A stretch of 64,000 bases of DNA from an uncultured delta proteobacterium (lineage in GTDB: Bacteria; Myxococcota_A; Polyangia; Polyangiales; Polyangiaceae), in contig CAVOKF010000008.1 in the NCBI GenBank assembly GCA_963696385.1, forward strand, positions 384,001 through 448,000, read 5' to 3'. The position numbers and the translations under genes were made by a program. Numbering within the stretch: the stretch's first letter is position 1; every line of letters begins with the position of its first letter. The notes beneath the pieces were generated by a model, which worked only from the letters and a program-made list of their open reading frames with translations, did no database searches and was not told where the DNA came from. Positions 53,906-62,240 of this stretch are shown piece after piece.

Positions 53906-54946
53906 CTATTTGTCGACGAAATAAATGTCGTCGACCCAGAGGTCGAACGCGACTCCCTGATCCACTTGAAATTGGCATCCCATGAGGTTCGAGGGATCGA
54001 AGGGCAAGCCGTCCGACAATGCGTACGACGGGCGTTCGAGATCCGCATAAGTGACGGTGAAGGTCTGCCATGCGTTCGTCAACGTGAGATTCATGCCGTA
54101 GTAGGCATTGCACGTGCCGCCGTCGCAGACGCCACCGCCCGAAACCAGAGTCGTATTCTTGTCCGGCACATTGAAACGCACGATCGTGGTCGCGGCGTCG
54201 CCCAGGGCACGGGCCGAGAATGTGAAACCTTGGTACGCCGACGCATCGTAGGGGTGTGGCGTCGTACCCAAGACGCTCAAGCTGAAGCCCATACCGGCGC
54301 CGTAAACGGTGAATCCGCTATTGCCGGTGATGTGGGCCGCATGGGCGCTCGTGCCGGGGATCAGGGAAATGATCATCGCCGAAACGCTCCCGGCGGCAGG
54401 GACCAAGACGCCCCCCGCCGTGCCGTCGTCGAAATCGAACCAGCCGCCCGTGAGGCCCGGCCCATCCAGATAGCCGTAGGCGGGGACTCCCACCGCTTGC
54501 ATGTCGTCGATGAGCACCAACCCGGCACCGGTCGCATCTTGCGGCCCATCCGCCGGCGCGTCGAGCCCGGCCCCATCGGCGAACCCGCCTGCATCCGCCG
54601 GCGCGTCGGTCGCGTACGCGTCGCTCGCGTACGCGTCACTCGCGTCTGCGTCGGGCGTCGCGTCGCTGGCCGCCCCGTCGGTCGAGGCGTCGGTTGCATC
54701 GCCGGGCGACGGCGAATCGCCCACGTCCGCCGCGACCGGAGCGTCGCTCGCGTCGATCGATGGGACCGAACTGCTGCCGGATGCCTCCGTCGTGGCATCC
54801 GCATCGGGATTGCCGGCGTCGCCGGATCCCGCGTCGTCTGCTGGCCCGGAGATCTGCAGGTCTTCGATGCCGGCCACGATCTCACAGCCCCCGAGTACGG
54901 TGACCACCGCCAGTGCGAACAATGCCCTTTTCGTCTTCACGGACAC
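53906..54946 (-). CDS. Lipoprotein with Asp/Ala linker and CBM11/galactose-binding-like domain
   Basis: LGGC lipobox; LIDDM...GWFDFDD...YDASAYQGFTF...WQTFTVTYADL...FDLWVDDIYF. Confidence 0.72.
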   Translation of the reverse strand: MSVKTKRALFALAVVTVLGGCEIVAGIEDLQISGPADDAGSGDAGNPDADATTEASGSSSVPSIDASDAPVAADVGDSPSPGDATDASTDGAASDATPDADASDAYASDAYATDAPADAGGFADGAGLDAPADGPQDATGAGLVLIDDMQAVGVPAYGYLDGPGLTGGWFDFDDGTAGGVLVPAAGSVSAMIISLIPGTSAHAAHITGNSGFTVYGAGMGFSLSVLGTTPHPYDASAYQGFTFSARALGDAATTIVRFNVPDKNTTLVSGGGVCDGGTCNAYYGMNLTLTNAWQTFTVTYADLERPSYALSDGLPFDPSNLMGCQFQVDQGVAFDLWVDDIYFVDK

Positions 54947-55224
54947 GGACTTTCGCCTACGTTTTGCACGTGAAGGAAACGTACCATCGACGCGGCGACC
55001 CACCAGCACCGTCTTCGGCTCACCGAGCACCCTGTCGACGCGAGCGCTCGCTTACAGTGTGAGCGGGAATCAGCGATGCATCCCCACGAGATCCGCATCC
55101 ACGAGCGCTGCTCGGGGTCGAACCGTCGAACGCGACTTGGACGGCTCGCGGCGCACCCCCGTCGCGACCTCCGACGGCCGGGGCGCCCGTGCCCGGCATC
55201 GAGCGCGGCGAGCGGCACGGGGTC

Positions 55225-56376
55225 ATGACGACTCTTCGCTGGTGTCTTCCGGCGTTGGTACCGGTCGGGCTTTTCGCGTGGCTGCTCTGGCGCACGGACC
55301 CGCGTCGCGAGCCGCACCTGCTCGTCGGGATCACGTTCGTGCTCGGCATGCTGGGCGCCGCGGGCGCGTTGCTCGTCACGTCCCGCGCGGAGCGCTGGAC
55401 CGGCCTCGACGTGCGCGTCTCCGACGTCGGTCCAGGCGGCGCGTTGATGTTTCTCTTCTTCGTGGCTGCGCCCGTCCAAGAGGCCGCCAAGGTCGCGGCA
55501 GCGTGGCCGGCTTTCGTGTCCAAACACATCGACGAGCCCTACGACGGAGTCGTCCACGCGGCGGCCGCGTCGCTCGGGTTCGCCGCCGTCGAGACCGCGG
55601 TCGTGCTCCACGCCAACCCCGTCGGAGCGATCTGGTTCGCCCGCGCGGCGCTCGCGCTCCCCGCGCACGTCTTCTTCGCTTGCCTTTGGGGCTACGCGCT
55701 CGGACGGGCCAAGCACGCGCGCCGCGGACTGCCCATCTTCCCGGCAGCGTTCATCGGCGCCATCGCCGCGCATGGCCTGTACGCGCATTTCGTGTACGGA
55801 CGCGGTGGGGCCGCGTTGCTCGCCGTCACCCCGCTGCTCGCGGCCATGGGCTTCGTCGCCTCGTGGCTCGGGCGCGATCTGCGCGCGCGCGACGATCGGC
55901 CGTCGCGCATCCCTTCCCTGCCCAGCCGTCGCCTCCGTCGATCGCCGCCCTCTCTGTCGGCCGTGCGCGAGGCGCTGAGGGCGCACGACCAGCCCGTGCG
56001 CCTGGGCTGGATCGTCTTCGGAGCCTTCGTCACCCTCGGGGCGATGATCGCGGGAATCGGGGCGGGCGTCATGGCCGCCCGTTGGTTTCACCTGGACTTG
56101 GCCGCGGTCGACGAGCAGGACGTCGTGACCGCGTCGCCGGTGTTGCTGTTGGGCGTCGGGCCGCTCCTCTCGTTCCCGGCGAGCGGCTGGCTCATCGTGC
56201 GCGCCGCCGGCATGACCACTCTGCTCGAGCCGGCGCTTGCCACGGTCCTCGCGCTTTTGGTCACTCTGATCGCGCTCGGAATGGCGGCGCCCTCCACAGT
56301 GGTCTTTGCTCTCGCGCTGTCGCCCATCGCCTGGGTCCTGTCGTTCGTCGGGGCGTGGATCGGCCGCGAGGTCTGA
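55225..56376 (+). CDS. PrsW-family intramembrane metalloprotease-like protein with extra C-terminal TM domain
   Basis: DPRREP, QEAAK, DEPYDGVV, SLGFAAVET, PAHV, AHGLY. Confidence 0.82.
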   Translation: MTTLRWCLPALVPVGLFAWLLWRTDPRREPHLLVGITFVLGMLGAAGALLVTSRAERWTGLDVRVSDVGPGGALMFLFFVAAPVQEAAKVAAAWPAFVSKHIDEPYDGVVHAAAASLGFAAVETAVVLHANPVGAIWFARAALALPAHVFFACLWGYALGRAKHARRGLPIFPAAFIGAIAAHGLYAHFVYGRGGAALLAVTPLLAAMGFVASWLGRDLRARDDRPSRIPSLPSRRLRRSPPSLSAVREALRAHDQPVRLGWIVFGAFVTLGAMIAGIGAGVMAARWFHLDLAAVDEQDVVTASPVLLLGVGPLLSFPASGWLIVRAAGMTTLLEPALATVLALLVTLIALGMAAPSTVVFALALSPIAWVLSFVGAWIGREV

Positions 56377-56443
56377 CCGCGCCGCCGGGTCGCGCGAAAA
56401 GCAGCGCCTGCGCGAGGGCCGTGCCAGAATCTCGCCGGACCAC

Positions 56444-58564
56444 GTGCACATCCTGAAGAGCGCTCTCTTCTGGCGCATCCTCCTGAGCTCCCTGTTGGTC
56501 GTCGCTGTGCTGGGCGTCGGCCTGTACCGGGCCAACGCAGCCCACGAGCAGCTCGAGCAACAGTTCGAGCGCCTCGTTCAACACGACCTCAAGCTGGCCG
56601 ACGATGCCGAGCAACTGCTCCGATTGATGGTCGACCTCGAGACGGGCAAGCGAGGATACTTGCTGACCGACGACCGGTCATTTCTCGCACCGTACGAGCA
56701 GGCCCACAACGATCTCGAAGGCTTGCTGACCGAAGCTCAAGCGGTCGCCGAGAACGGCATGGAAGACGAGCGTGTCGCTGCGTTCGGACGCCTGGTGCAC
56801 GAGTGGATCGCGAACGTGAGCGAGCCCCAGATTCGCGACCGGGAGAAGGGCCGTGTGCCGGACCCCGCCGCCGCCGACGAAGGGAAATCACGCACCGACG
56901 AGATGCGCGCGATCCTGACGGACCTGCGCCGTCACGCGATCGACGAAGCCGACGCGCGCGAACACGCGGCGTTCGACTCCGCCAGCGCGTCCCAACGTGC
57001 CACGCGTACCGTGCTGCTCGTGGCGATCATCATCGCGCTCGGCAGCGGTGCCTGGATCGCGCGCGACATCGCCGGGACCACCGCGCAACTCGAGGACGCG
57101 CTTGCGGCGACCGGACGGCTCGAATCGGTGCAGCTTTTGCCCACGCGTCGCGACGAGCTCGGCGCCGTGGCCCGGAGCCTCTCCAAGATGAACGCCCTGC
57201 TGCTCGACAAGGACAGCCGGCTGCGCGCGGCCCTGGCCGATCGCGAACAGGCGCTCGCCGATCTGACGCGCGCCAACGAAGATCTGGCGATGCGCGACGC
57301 GCGCGCGCGCGCATTCGCCGACTTCGTTCGCGAACTGAAAGCGCTCGACGTCAGCGCGCTCGCGACCGGCGGCCTGCAGACGCTCGTACGACTCGCCGAC
57401 GCGCAGGTGGGGGCCGTGTACCTGCTCGACGACGCCGACCGGCTCGTGCCCGTCCAGGCGGCGGCTTCCGACGGGCGCGCCGTCGACCACCGGATCTTCG
57501 GCGCGGGCGGCTTGCCGAGGAGCGTGATGGATCGACGCGAGGCCGTCTTCTCGACAGCCGAGACTCTGGGCGATCCGCTGCCGACACTCGACTTGGGGGT
57601 CGGCAACGCTCCGCTCCGGTGGGCCCTCGCCTACCCGGTCGCGCTCGGAAGCGAGGGGGCGGGCGCCATCGTGCTCGCCGGAATCCGAACGCCGAGCGAG
57701 GATGCGGTGGATTCGGTCAGGGACGCGGCACGCCAGCTGTCCGCTGCCCTGCACAACGCGTGGACCCACAACCGTCTGCGCGACAAGAGCGTGGCGCTCG
57801 CCGAACAAGGGGAGCGGTTGGCGCGCGCGAACAAGGTCAAGACCGAGTTTCTCGCTTCGATGAGCCACGAGCTCCGCACGCCGCTGAGCGCGATCCTCGG
57901 CTTCGCGGATCTGCTGATCACGTCGCCCAAGGAGCAGCTGTCGGCGCGCGCGCGCGAGTCGCTCGAGCGCATTCAGCGCAACGGCGAGCATCTGCTGAGC
58001 CTCATCAACGACGTCCTCGATTTGGCGAAAGCCGAAGCGGGGCGCATCGACGTGCGGCTGGCGCCGGTCAACGTCGCGTTGCTGGCGCGCGCGTGCCTCG
58101 CGGAGGTGGACAGTCTGCGATCCGGCAAGGACATTCGACTCGTGGCCGACGTCGGCGATGGGCCGGTCGAGATGACGACCGATGCCCAACGGGTGCGGCA
58201 AATCCTTCTCAACCTGCTTGCCAACGCCATCAAGTTCACCGATCACGGCGAGGTGGCGATCGTCTTGCGGGCTACCGCGACGGAAGTACGGCTTTCGGTG
58301 CGGGATACGGGCATCGGCGTCCCGGCTCATGCCATGAACGAGCTCTTCCAGGAGTTCCACCAGCTGGAAGCCGGCGACGGGCGGCGGTACCACGGCACAG
58401 GCGTGGGACTCGCGCTGTCGCGCAGACTGGCTCGTGCACTCGGGGGCGAGATCGAGGTGCGGTCCCGCGAAGGACAGGGATCGACGTTCACGCTCGTCCT
58501 GCCGGGTGTCGGCGCGCACGCCCTTGCCGAGAGCCCCGTGACGACGACGCAGGCGCTGTCGTGA
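56444..58564 (+). CDS. CHASE3-HAMP-GAF sensor histidine kinase
   Basis: DLETGKRGYLLT..FLAPY (CHASE3), RDELGAVA (HAMP), GAF, MSHELRTPL, NAIKFT, DTGIG, GTGVGL. Confidence 0.93.
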   Translation: MHILKSALFWRILLSSLLVVAVLGVGLYRANAAHEQLEQQFERLVQHDLKLADDAEQLLRLMVDLETGKRGYLLTDDRSFLAPYEQAHNDLEGLLTEAQAVAENGMEDERVAAFGRLVHEWIANVSEPQIRDREKGRVPDPAAADEGKSRTDEMRAILTDLRRHAIDEADAREHAAFDSASASQRATRTVLLVAIIIALGSGAWIARDIAGTTAQLEDALAATGRLESVQLLPTRRDELGAVARSLSKMNALLLDKDSRLRAALADREQALADLTRANEDLAMRDARARAFADFVRELKALDVSALATGGLQTLVRLADAQVGAVYLLDDADRLVPVQAAASDGRAVDHRIFGAGGLPRSVMDRREAVFSTAETLGDPLPTLDLGVGNAPLRWALAYPVALGSEGAGAIVLAGIRTPSEDAVDSVRDAARQLSAALHNAWTHNRLRDKSVALAEQGERLARANKVKTEFLASMSHELRTPLSAILGFADLLITSPKEQLSARARESLERIQRNGEHLLSLINDVLDLAKAEAGRIDVRLAPVNVALLARACLAEVDSLRSGKDIRLVADVGDGPVEMTTDAQRVRQILLNLLANAIKFTDHGEVAIVLRATATEVRLSVRDTGIGVPAHAMNELFQEFHQLEAGDGRRYHGTGVGLALSRRLARALGGEIEVRSREGQGSTFTLVLPGVGAHALAESPVTTTQALS

Positions 58565-59661
58565 TCTCGCGAAGTCCCGTCGCGACGTTCGGTGACTCGT
58601 GCGGAGACCTGCTCATCGTCGACGATTTTGCCGATACCCTCGCGCTCTACGAGAGCCTGCTCACCGAAAACGGACACAGGGTGCGGACGGCCACCAGCGG
58701 CGCCGAGGCGCTGCACTGGGTCGAGGAGCAAGAGCCCGAGCTGGTCCTGCTCGACGTGTCGATGCCGGGGCTCGACGGCGTCGAGGTGCTCCGAAGGCTC
58801 CGCACGCGTCCCGGCGGCGGACCCGCCGTCATCATGTTGACGGCGGCGCGACGCGAGCCGCATGCCATCGAGTCGGGCCTCAAGGAAGGGGCGGACGCGT
58901 ACCTGACGAAGCCGATCGACTCCCGCGAGCTGCTCGCCCGCGTGCGCGCCGCCCTCGAGACGTTCCGCCTCAAGCGCATGCTCGAGGCCCAACGCCGCGA
59001 CCACGTGGCGATGCTGGTTCACGATCTGCGGCATCCCCTTTCGTCGATGGGCCTTCTGGCGGAACTGCTCGAGGCGGAGGACATGACCCCCGACGAGCGC
59101 CAATCCGCAGTCTCGCAAATGCGTGGACTCTGCTCCGAAATGGCTCGTCTCGTCGATGGAGTGCTCGCGGCGAGCCGGCTCGAGGCCGGCGTCTTCACGG
59201 TCGAGCCGCGTCCGATCCGGGTCGGCGCGGTCATCGAGCCGATGCTCGTCGTTTTCACACCCGTGGCGGCCCGTCGCCGCGTTGCGCTGGCGTTCGAGGG
59301 ATCCCTCGACCTGACGGTCCACGCCGACCCGCACAAGCTTCGGCAGGCGCTCGACAACCTCGTGGCCAACGCCCTGAAGTTCACGCCACGGGGCGGCCGG
59401 GTGGCCGTCCGCGTCGCGCACGACGATCGATTCACGATCTTCGAGATCACCGACAGCGGTCCGGGCGTGACCGCAAGCGAGCGAGAGACGATTTTCGATC
59501 GCTACAAGCAAGGCGCGCGCGGACGAGCGGCTGGCGGATTCGGGCTCGGCCTCGCCATCGCCCGAGGAATCGCCGAGGCCCACCATGGGTCCATTTCGGT
59601 CGCAGCGGGGGATCTCGGGGGCGCCGCGTTTCGGATCGCGCTGCCGTTGCGCGGTCCCTGA
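58561..59661 (+). CDS. Hybrid receiver-histidine kinase
   Basis: IVDD, LLDVSMPG, KP; HDLRHPL, NALKFT, DSGPG, GFGLGL; GTGA overlap with upstream kinase. Confidence 0.92.
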   Translation: MISRSPVATFGDSCGDLLIVDDFADTLALYESLLTENGHRVRTATSGAEALHWVEEQEPELVLLDVSMPGLDGVEVLRRLRTRPGGGPAVIMLTAARREPHAIESGLKEGADAYLTKPIDSRELLARVRAALETFRLKRMLEAQRRDHVAMLVHDLRHPLSSMGLLAELLEAEDMTPDERQSAVSQMRGLCSEMARLVDGVLAASRLEAGVFTVEPRPIRVGAVIEPMLVVFTPVAARRRVALAFEGSLDLTVHADPHKLRQALDNLVANALKFTPRGGRVAVRVAHDDRFTIFEITDSGPGVTASERETIFDRYKQGARGRAAGGFGLGLAIARGIAEAHHGSISVAAGDLGGAAFRIALPLRGP

Positions 59662-59711
59662 CCGCTCGGGGGTCGTGGCACGCGAGTCCCAAAGCGCTAG
59701 GGCGCGCTGCC

Positions 59712-59739
59712 TTGACAGGGCGGGTGCACCGAATACAGT
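59712..59739 (+). promoter_or_regulatory. Sigma70-type promoter of rpsT
   Basis: TTGACA-16 nt-TACAGT, 28 nt upstream of the start codon. Confidence 0.6.
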
Positions 59740-59767
59740 GCTCGCCTTTCCGAAGATCGAGGCACCC

Positions 59768-60037
59768 GTGGCCAATCATCCGTCCGCCGAAAAGCGCAAC
59801 CGCCAGAGAGTCAAACGAACGCTGCGCAATCGTGCGATCAAGAGTGCCGTTCGAACGCAAGTGAAGACCGTTCGCGCCGCGATTGCGGCCAAGGACGCCA
59901 AGGCGGCCGTCCTGGCCCTGGCGGAAGCGACGGTCGCGCTCGACAAGGCCGCGAGCAAGGGCGGTGTCGAACGGAAAATGGCCTCGCGAACGGTATCTCG
60001 CTTGGCCGCGCAAGTGCACAAGATCGCCACGGCGTAG
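59768..60037 (+). CDS. rpsT: 30S ribosomal protein S20
   Basis: GTG-ANHPSAEKRNRQ...RNRAIKSAVRT...LDKAASKG...ASRTVSRL. Confidence 0.96.
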   Translation: MANHPSAEKRNRQRVKRTLRNRAIKSAVRTQVKTVRAAIAAKDAKAAVLALAEATVALDKAASKGGVERKMASRTVSRLAAQVHKIATA

Positions 60038-60153
60038 GGCGTTCGAGAGCTTTGCGCATTCCGGCCACCGGTATGGATCGCTCGGGTGAACGTACGAGCG
60101 ATCTGGACAACGCAAGGCCCACGCGGCTATGAGCCGGTCGCGCACGGGTTCGA

Positions 60154-60226
60154 GTCCCCATCGTCTAGAGGCCCAGGACCGCGGCTTTTCACGTCGCTAA
60201 CGGGGGTTCGACTCCCCCTGGGGACG
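60154..60226 (+). tRNA. tRNA-Glu(TTC), CCA not encoded
   Basis: Acceptor GTCCCCA/TGGGGAC, D arm GTCTAGAGGCCCAGGAC, anticodon arm GCGGC-TTTTCAC-GTCGC, T arm GGGGG-TTCGACT-CCCCC. Confidence 0.96.
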
Positions 60227-60284
60227 CTTTGCAGTCTCGCACAATTGGCTCCGCCGTGAGTGATCCAACCCGAGCGCTCGTAGC

Positions 60285-60314
60285 AAGCCGCCCCAGCCGA
60301 CGGCCGCGGCTTTT
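60285..60314 (+). terminator. Putative terminator after tRNA-Glu
   Basis: AAGCCGC...GCGGCTT stem followed by a short T run. Confidence 0.4.
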
Positions 60315-60331
60315 ACGGGCTCGCTACGCGG

Positions 60332-62065
60332 ATGCAGAGGCGGCTCCGACGTGCTCTCTTGACGCGCCGGATGTCACGCTCGGGTGACTCTTCGTCTACG
60401 CCGTCGGGCGCCGTCGCGAACGCCATGCGCATCGCTCGGGGGCACCTCGAAGCCCACCGTTATGCGAACGCGATCACGGCGTTGAAGCAGGCAGCGCTGC
60501 TTGCGCCGAACGATCCGGCGATCCTCCACGAGCTCGGCGTCGCATGCCTCTTCGCGCAGCGTCTGCCCGAGGCGGTCGGCTGGCTGCGCCGTTCGATCGA
60601 GATCGAACCGACGGTCGCGCGCGTGCACTTCGAGCTCGGGATCGCGCTGGCGCAGACCGGCAACGACGACAGCGCTCTCCTGGCGCTGCGCACCGCGACG
60701 GCGCTCGACCCCGAGATCGCCGAGGCGCACGGCCAGGCGGGCGACATCCTGCGCCGCAAGAACCGCTTCGAAGAAGCCGCGTCATCCTACGAGGCTGCCT
60801 TCCAAGCGTCGCCAGCCAGCGCGTACGGCCGGCTCTGCAAGGCCAAGGCGCTCGGCGCTCAGGGTCGAGAGAGCGAGGCCGAGGCGCACCTGAAAGAGGT
60901 CGCCGCTCGGGCCCCCGCGGACGGATCGGACGCGTCCTGGCGCGTGGAAGCCGAGCTCGCACTCGGCCATCTGCTTCTCGAGGCGGGCCGTTTCGGCGAG
61001 GCCGGGGCGGCCTTCGAGCGGTCGATCGAGCTTGCCCCGTGGCAGGCGACGGGGCACTTGGGCCTCGTCACGTCAAAAAAGATGACCGACGACGACAGGC
61101 CCATCGTGGAGCGGGTCGTCAAGCGCCTCGAACGAAACGACCTTACGGATCGCCAGCGGATGATGCTGCACTTCGCCGCGGGCAAGGCGCTCGACGATCT
61201 GGGCGATTACGGCGCGGCGATGGATCACTTCGACGCCGCCAACCGGATCCGACACACGATCGCGCCCTTCGACCGGAACCAGTTTGCGCGCGGCGTCGAC
61301 GCGCTCATCGAGCGGTTCACGCGCGGCTTCTTCGTCGACAACGCCGCCCTCGGGACCGATGAAGAGACACCCGTCTTCGTCCTCGGCATGCCGCGATCCG
61401 GAACGACGCTCATCGAGCGCTTCATCTCGAGTCACCCAGAGGTCGGCGGAGGCGGAGAGCGTAGCTTCTGGAACCAGAATGCCCCGGCCTGGGTCGGCGC
61501 TGCGACCGGCCAAATCGCCGCCCGAGCGGAGAGCCTTCGGGGGAAATACCTCCGCATGCTCCGCGGCATCGCGCCGGACGCTCTACGCGTGACCGACAAG
61601 ATGCCGTTCAACTTCTTGTGGGTGGGCCTGGTGCACGTGCTTTTGCCGAAGGCGCGCATCGTTCATTGCCGCCGCAATCCGGTCGACACCTGCCTGTCGA
61701 TCTATTCGACCTATTTCGCGGAGCATTGGGGCTTCGCGAGCGATCGCGGGGACCTCGCCGCGTACTATCGTCAGTACGCGCGCCTGATGGACCACTGGCG
61801 CACGGTGATCCCCGCCGATCGGATGATCGACGTGGATTACGAGCAGGCGATCGCCGCCCCCGTGGAGACCGCGCGGCAGCTCATTGCGTTCTGCGGCCTC
61901 GAATGGGACCCCGCGTGCCTCCGTCCCGATCGCAACCCCGATGCCGTGCGGACGGCCAGCCGATGGCAGGCGCGCCAGCCCGTTTACCGCACCTCGGTCG
62001 AGCGTTGGCGCAACTACGAGCCGTGGCTCGGCGAGCTGCGGGGGCTTCAGGCGACAAGACCGTGA
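60332..62065 (+). CDS. TPR-repeat sulfotransferase family protein
   Basis: N-terminal TPRs; GMPRSGTTL PAPS loop, DKMPFN, RNPVDTCLS, RTASRWQARQP; start may be 60371. Confidence 0.92.
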   Translation: MQRRLRRALLTRRMSRSGDSSSTPSGAVANAMRIARGHLEAHRYANAITALKQAALLAPNDPAILHELGVACLFAQRLPEAVGWLRRSIEIEPTVARVHFELGIALAQTGNDDSALLALRTATALDPEIAEAHGQAGDILRRKNRFEEAASSYEAAFQASPASAYGRLCKAKALGAQGRESEAEAHLKEVAARAPADGSDASWRVEAELALGHLLLEAGRFGEAGAAFERSIELAPWQATGHLGLVTSKKMTDDDRPIVERVVKRLERNDLTDRQRMMLHFAAGKALDDLGDYGAAMDHFDAANRIRHTIAPFDRNQFARGVDALIERFTRGFFVDNAALGTDEETPVFVLGMPRSGTTLIERFISSHPEVGGGGERSFWNQNAPAWVGAATGQIAARAESLRGKYLRMLRGIAPDALRVTDKMPFNFLWVGLVHVLLPKARIVHCRRNPVDTCLSIYSTYFAEHWGFASDRGDLAAYYRQYARLMDHWRTVIPADRMIDVDYEQAIAAPVETARQLIAFCGLEWDPACLRPDRNPDAVRTASRWQARQPVYRTSVERWRNYEPWLGELRGLQATRP

Positions 62066-62097
62066 AGGCACAGATGACGTCGGCCGCGACCGCGACT

Positions 62098-62179
62098 ACC
62101 TCGACCTAACCTCGACCTCGACCTCGACCTCGACCTCGACCTCGACCTCGACCTCGACCTCGACCTAACCTCGACCTCG
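62098..62179. repeat. Hexanucleotide microsatellite (ACCTCG)n
   Basis: 12 perfect units (9 uninterrupted at 62109-62162) with two ACCTA interruptions. Confidence 0.95.
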
Positions 62180-62182
62180 CGC

Positions 62183-62208
62183 CCGGCCCCTCCCGAAGGA
62201 GAGGCCGG
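62183..62208 (-). terminator. GC-rich hairpin with C(UUCG)G tetraloop 3' of the phosphoesterase gene
   Basis: Minus strand CCGGCCTCTCC-TTCG-GGAGGGGCCGG; no U tract. Confidence 0.45.
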
Positions 62209-62240
62209 TGCCGGACACCCGTTCTACGAGGCGTGCGCGC

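Noticed and set aside
61884..62168. ORF ending in STSTSTST
   Set aside because: Translation of the intergenic microsatellite in a frame overlapping the sulfotransferase.
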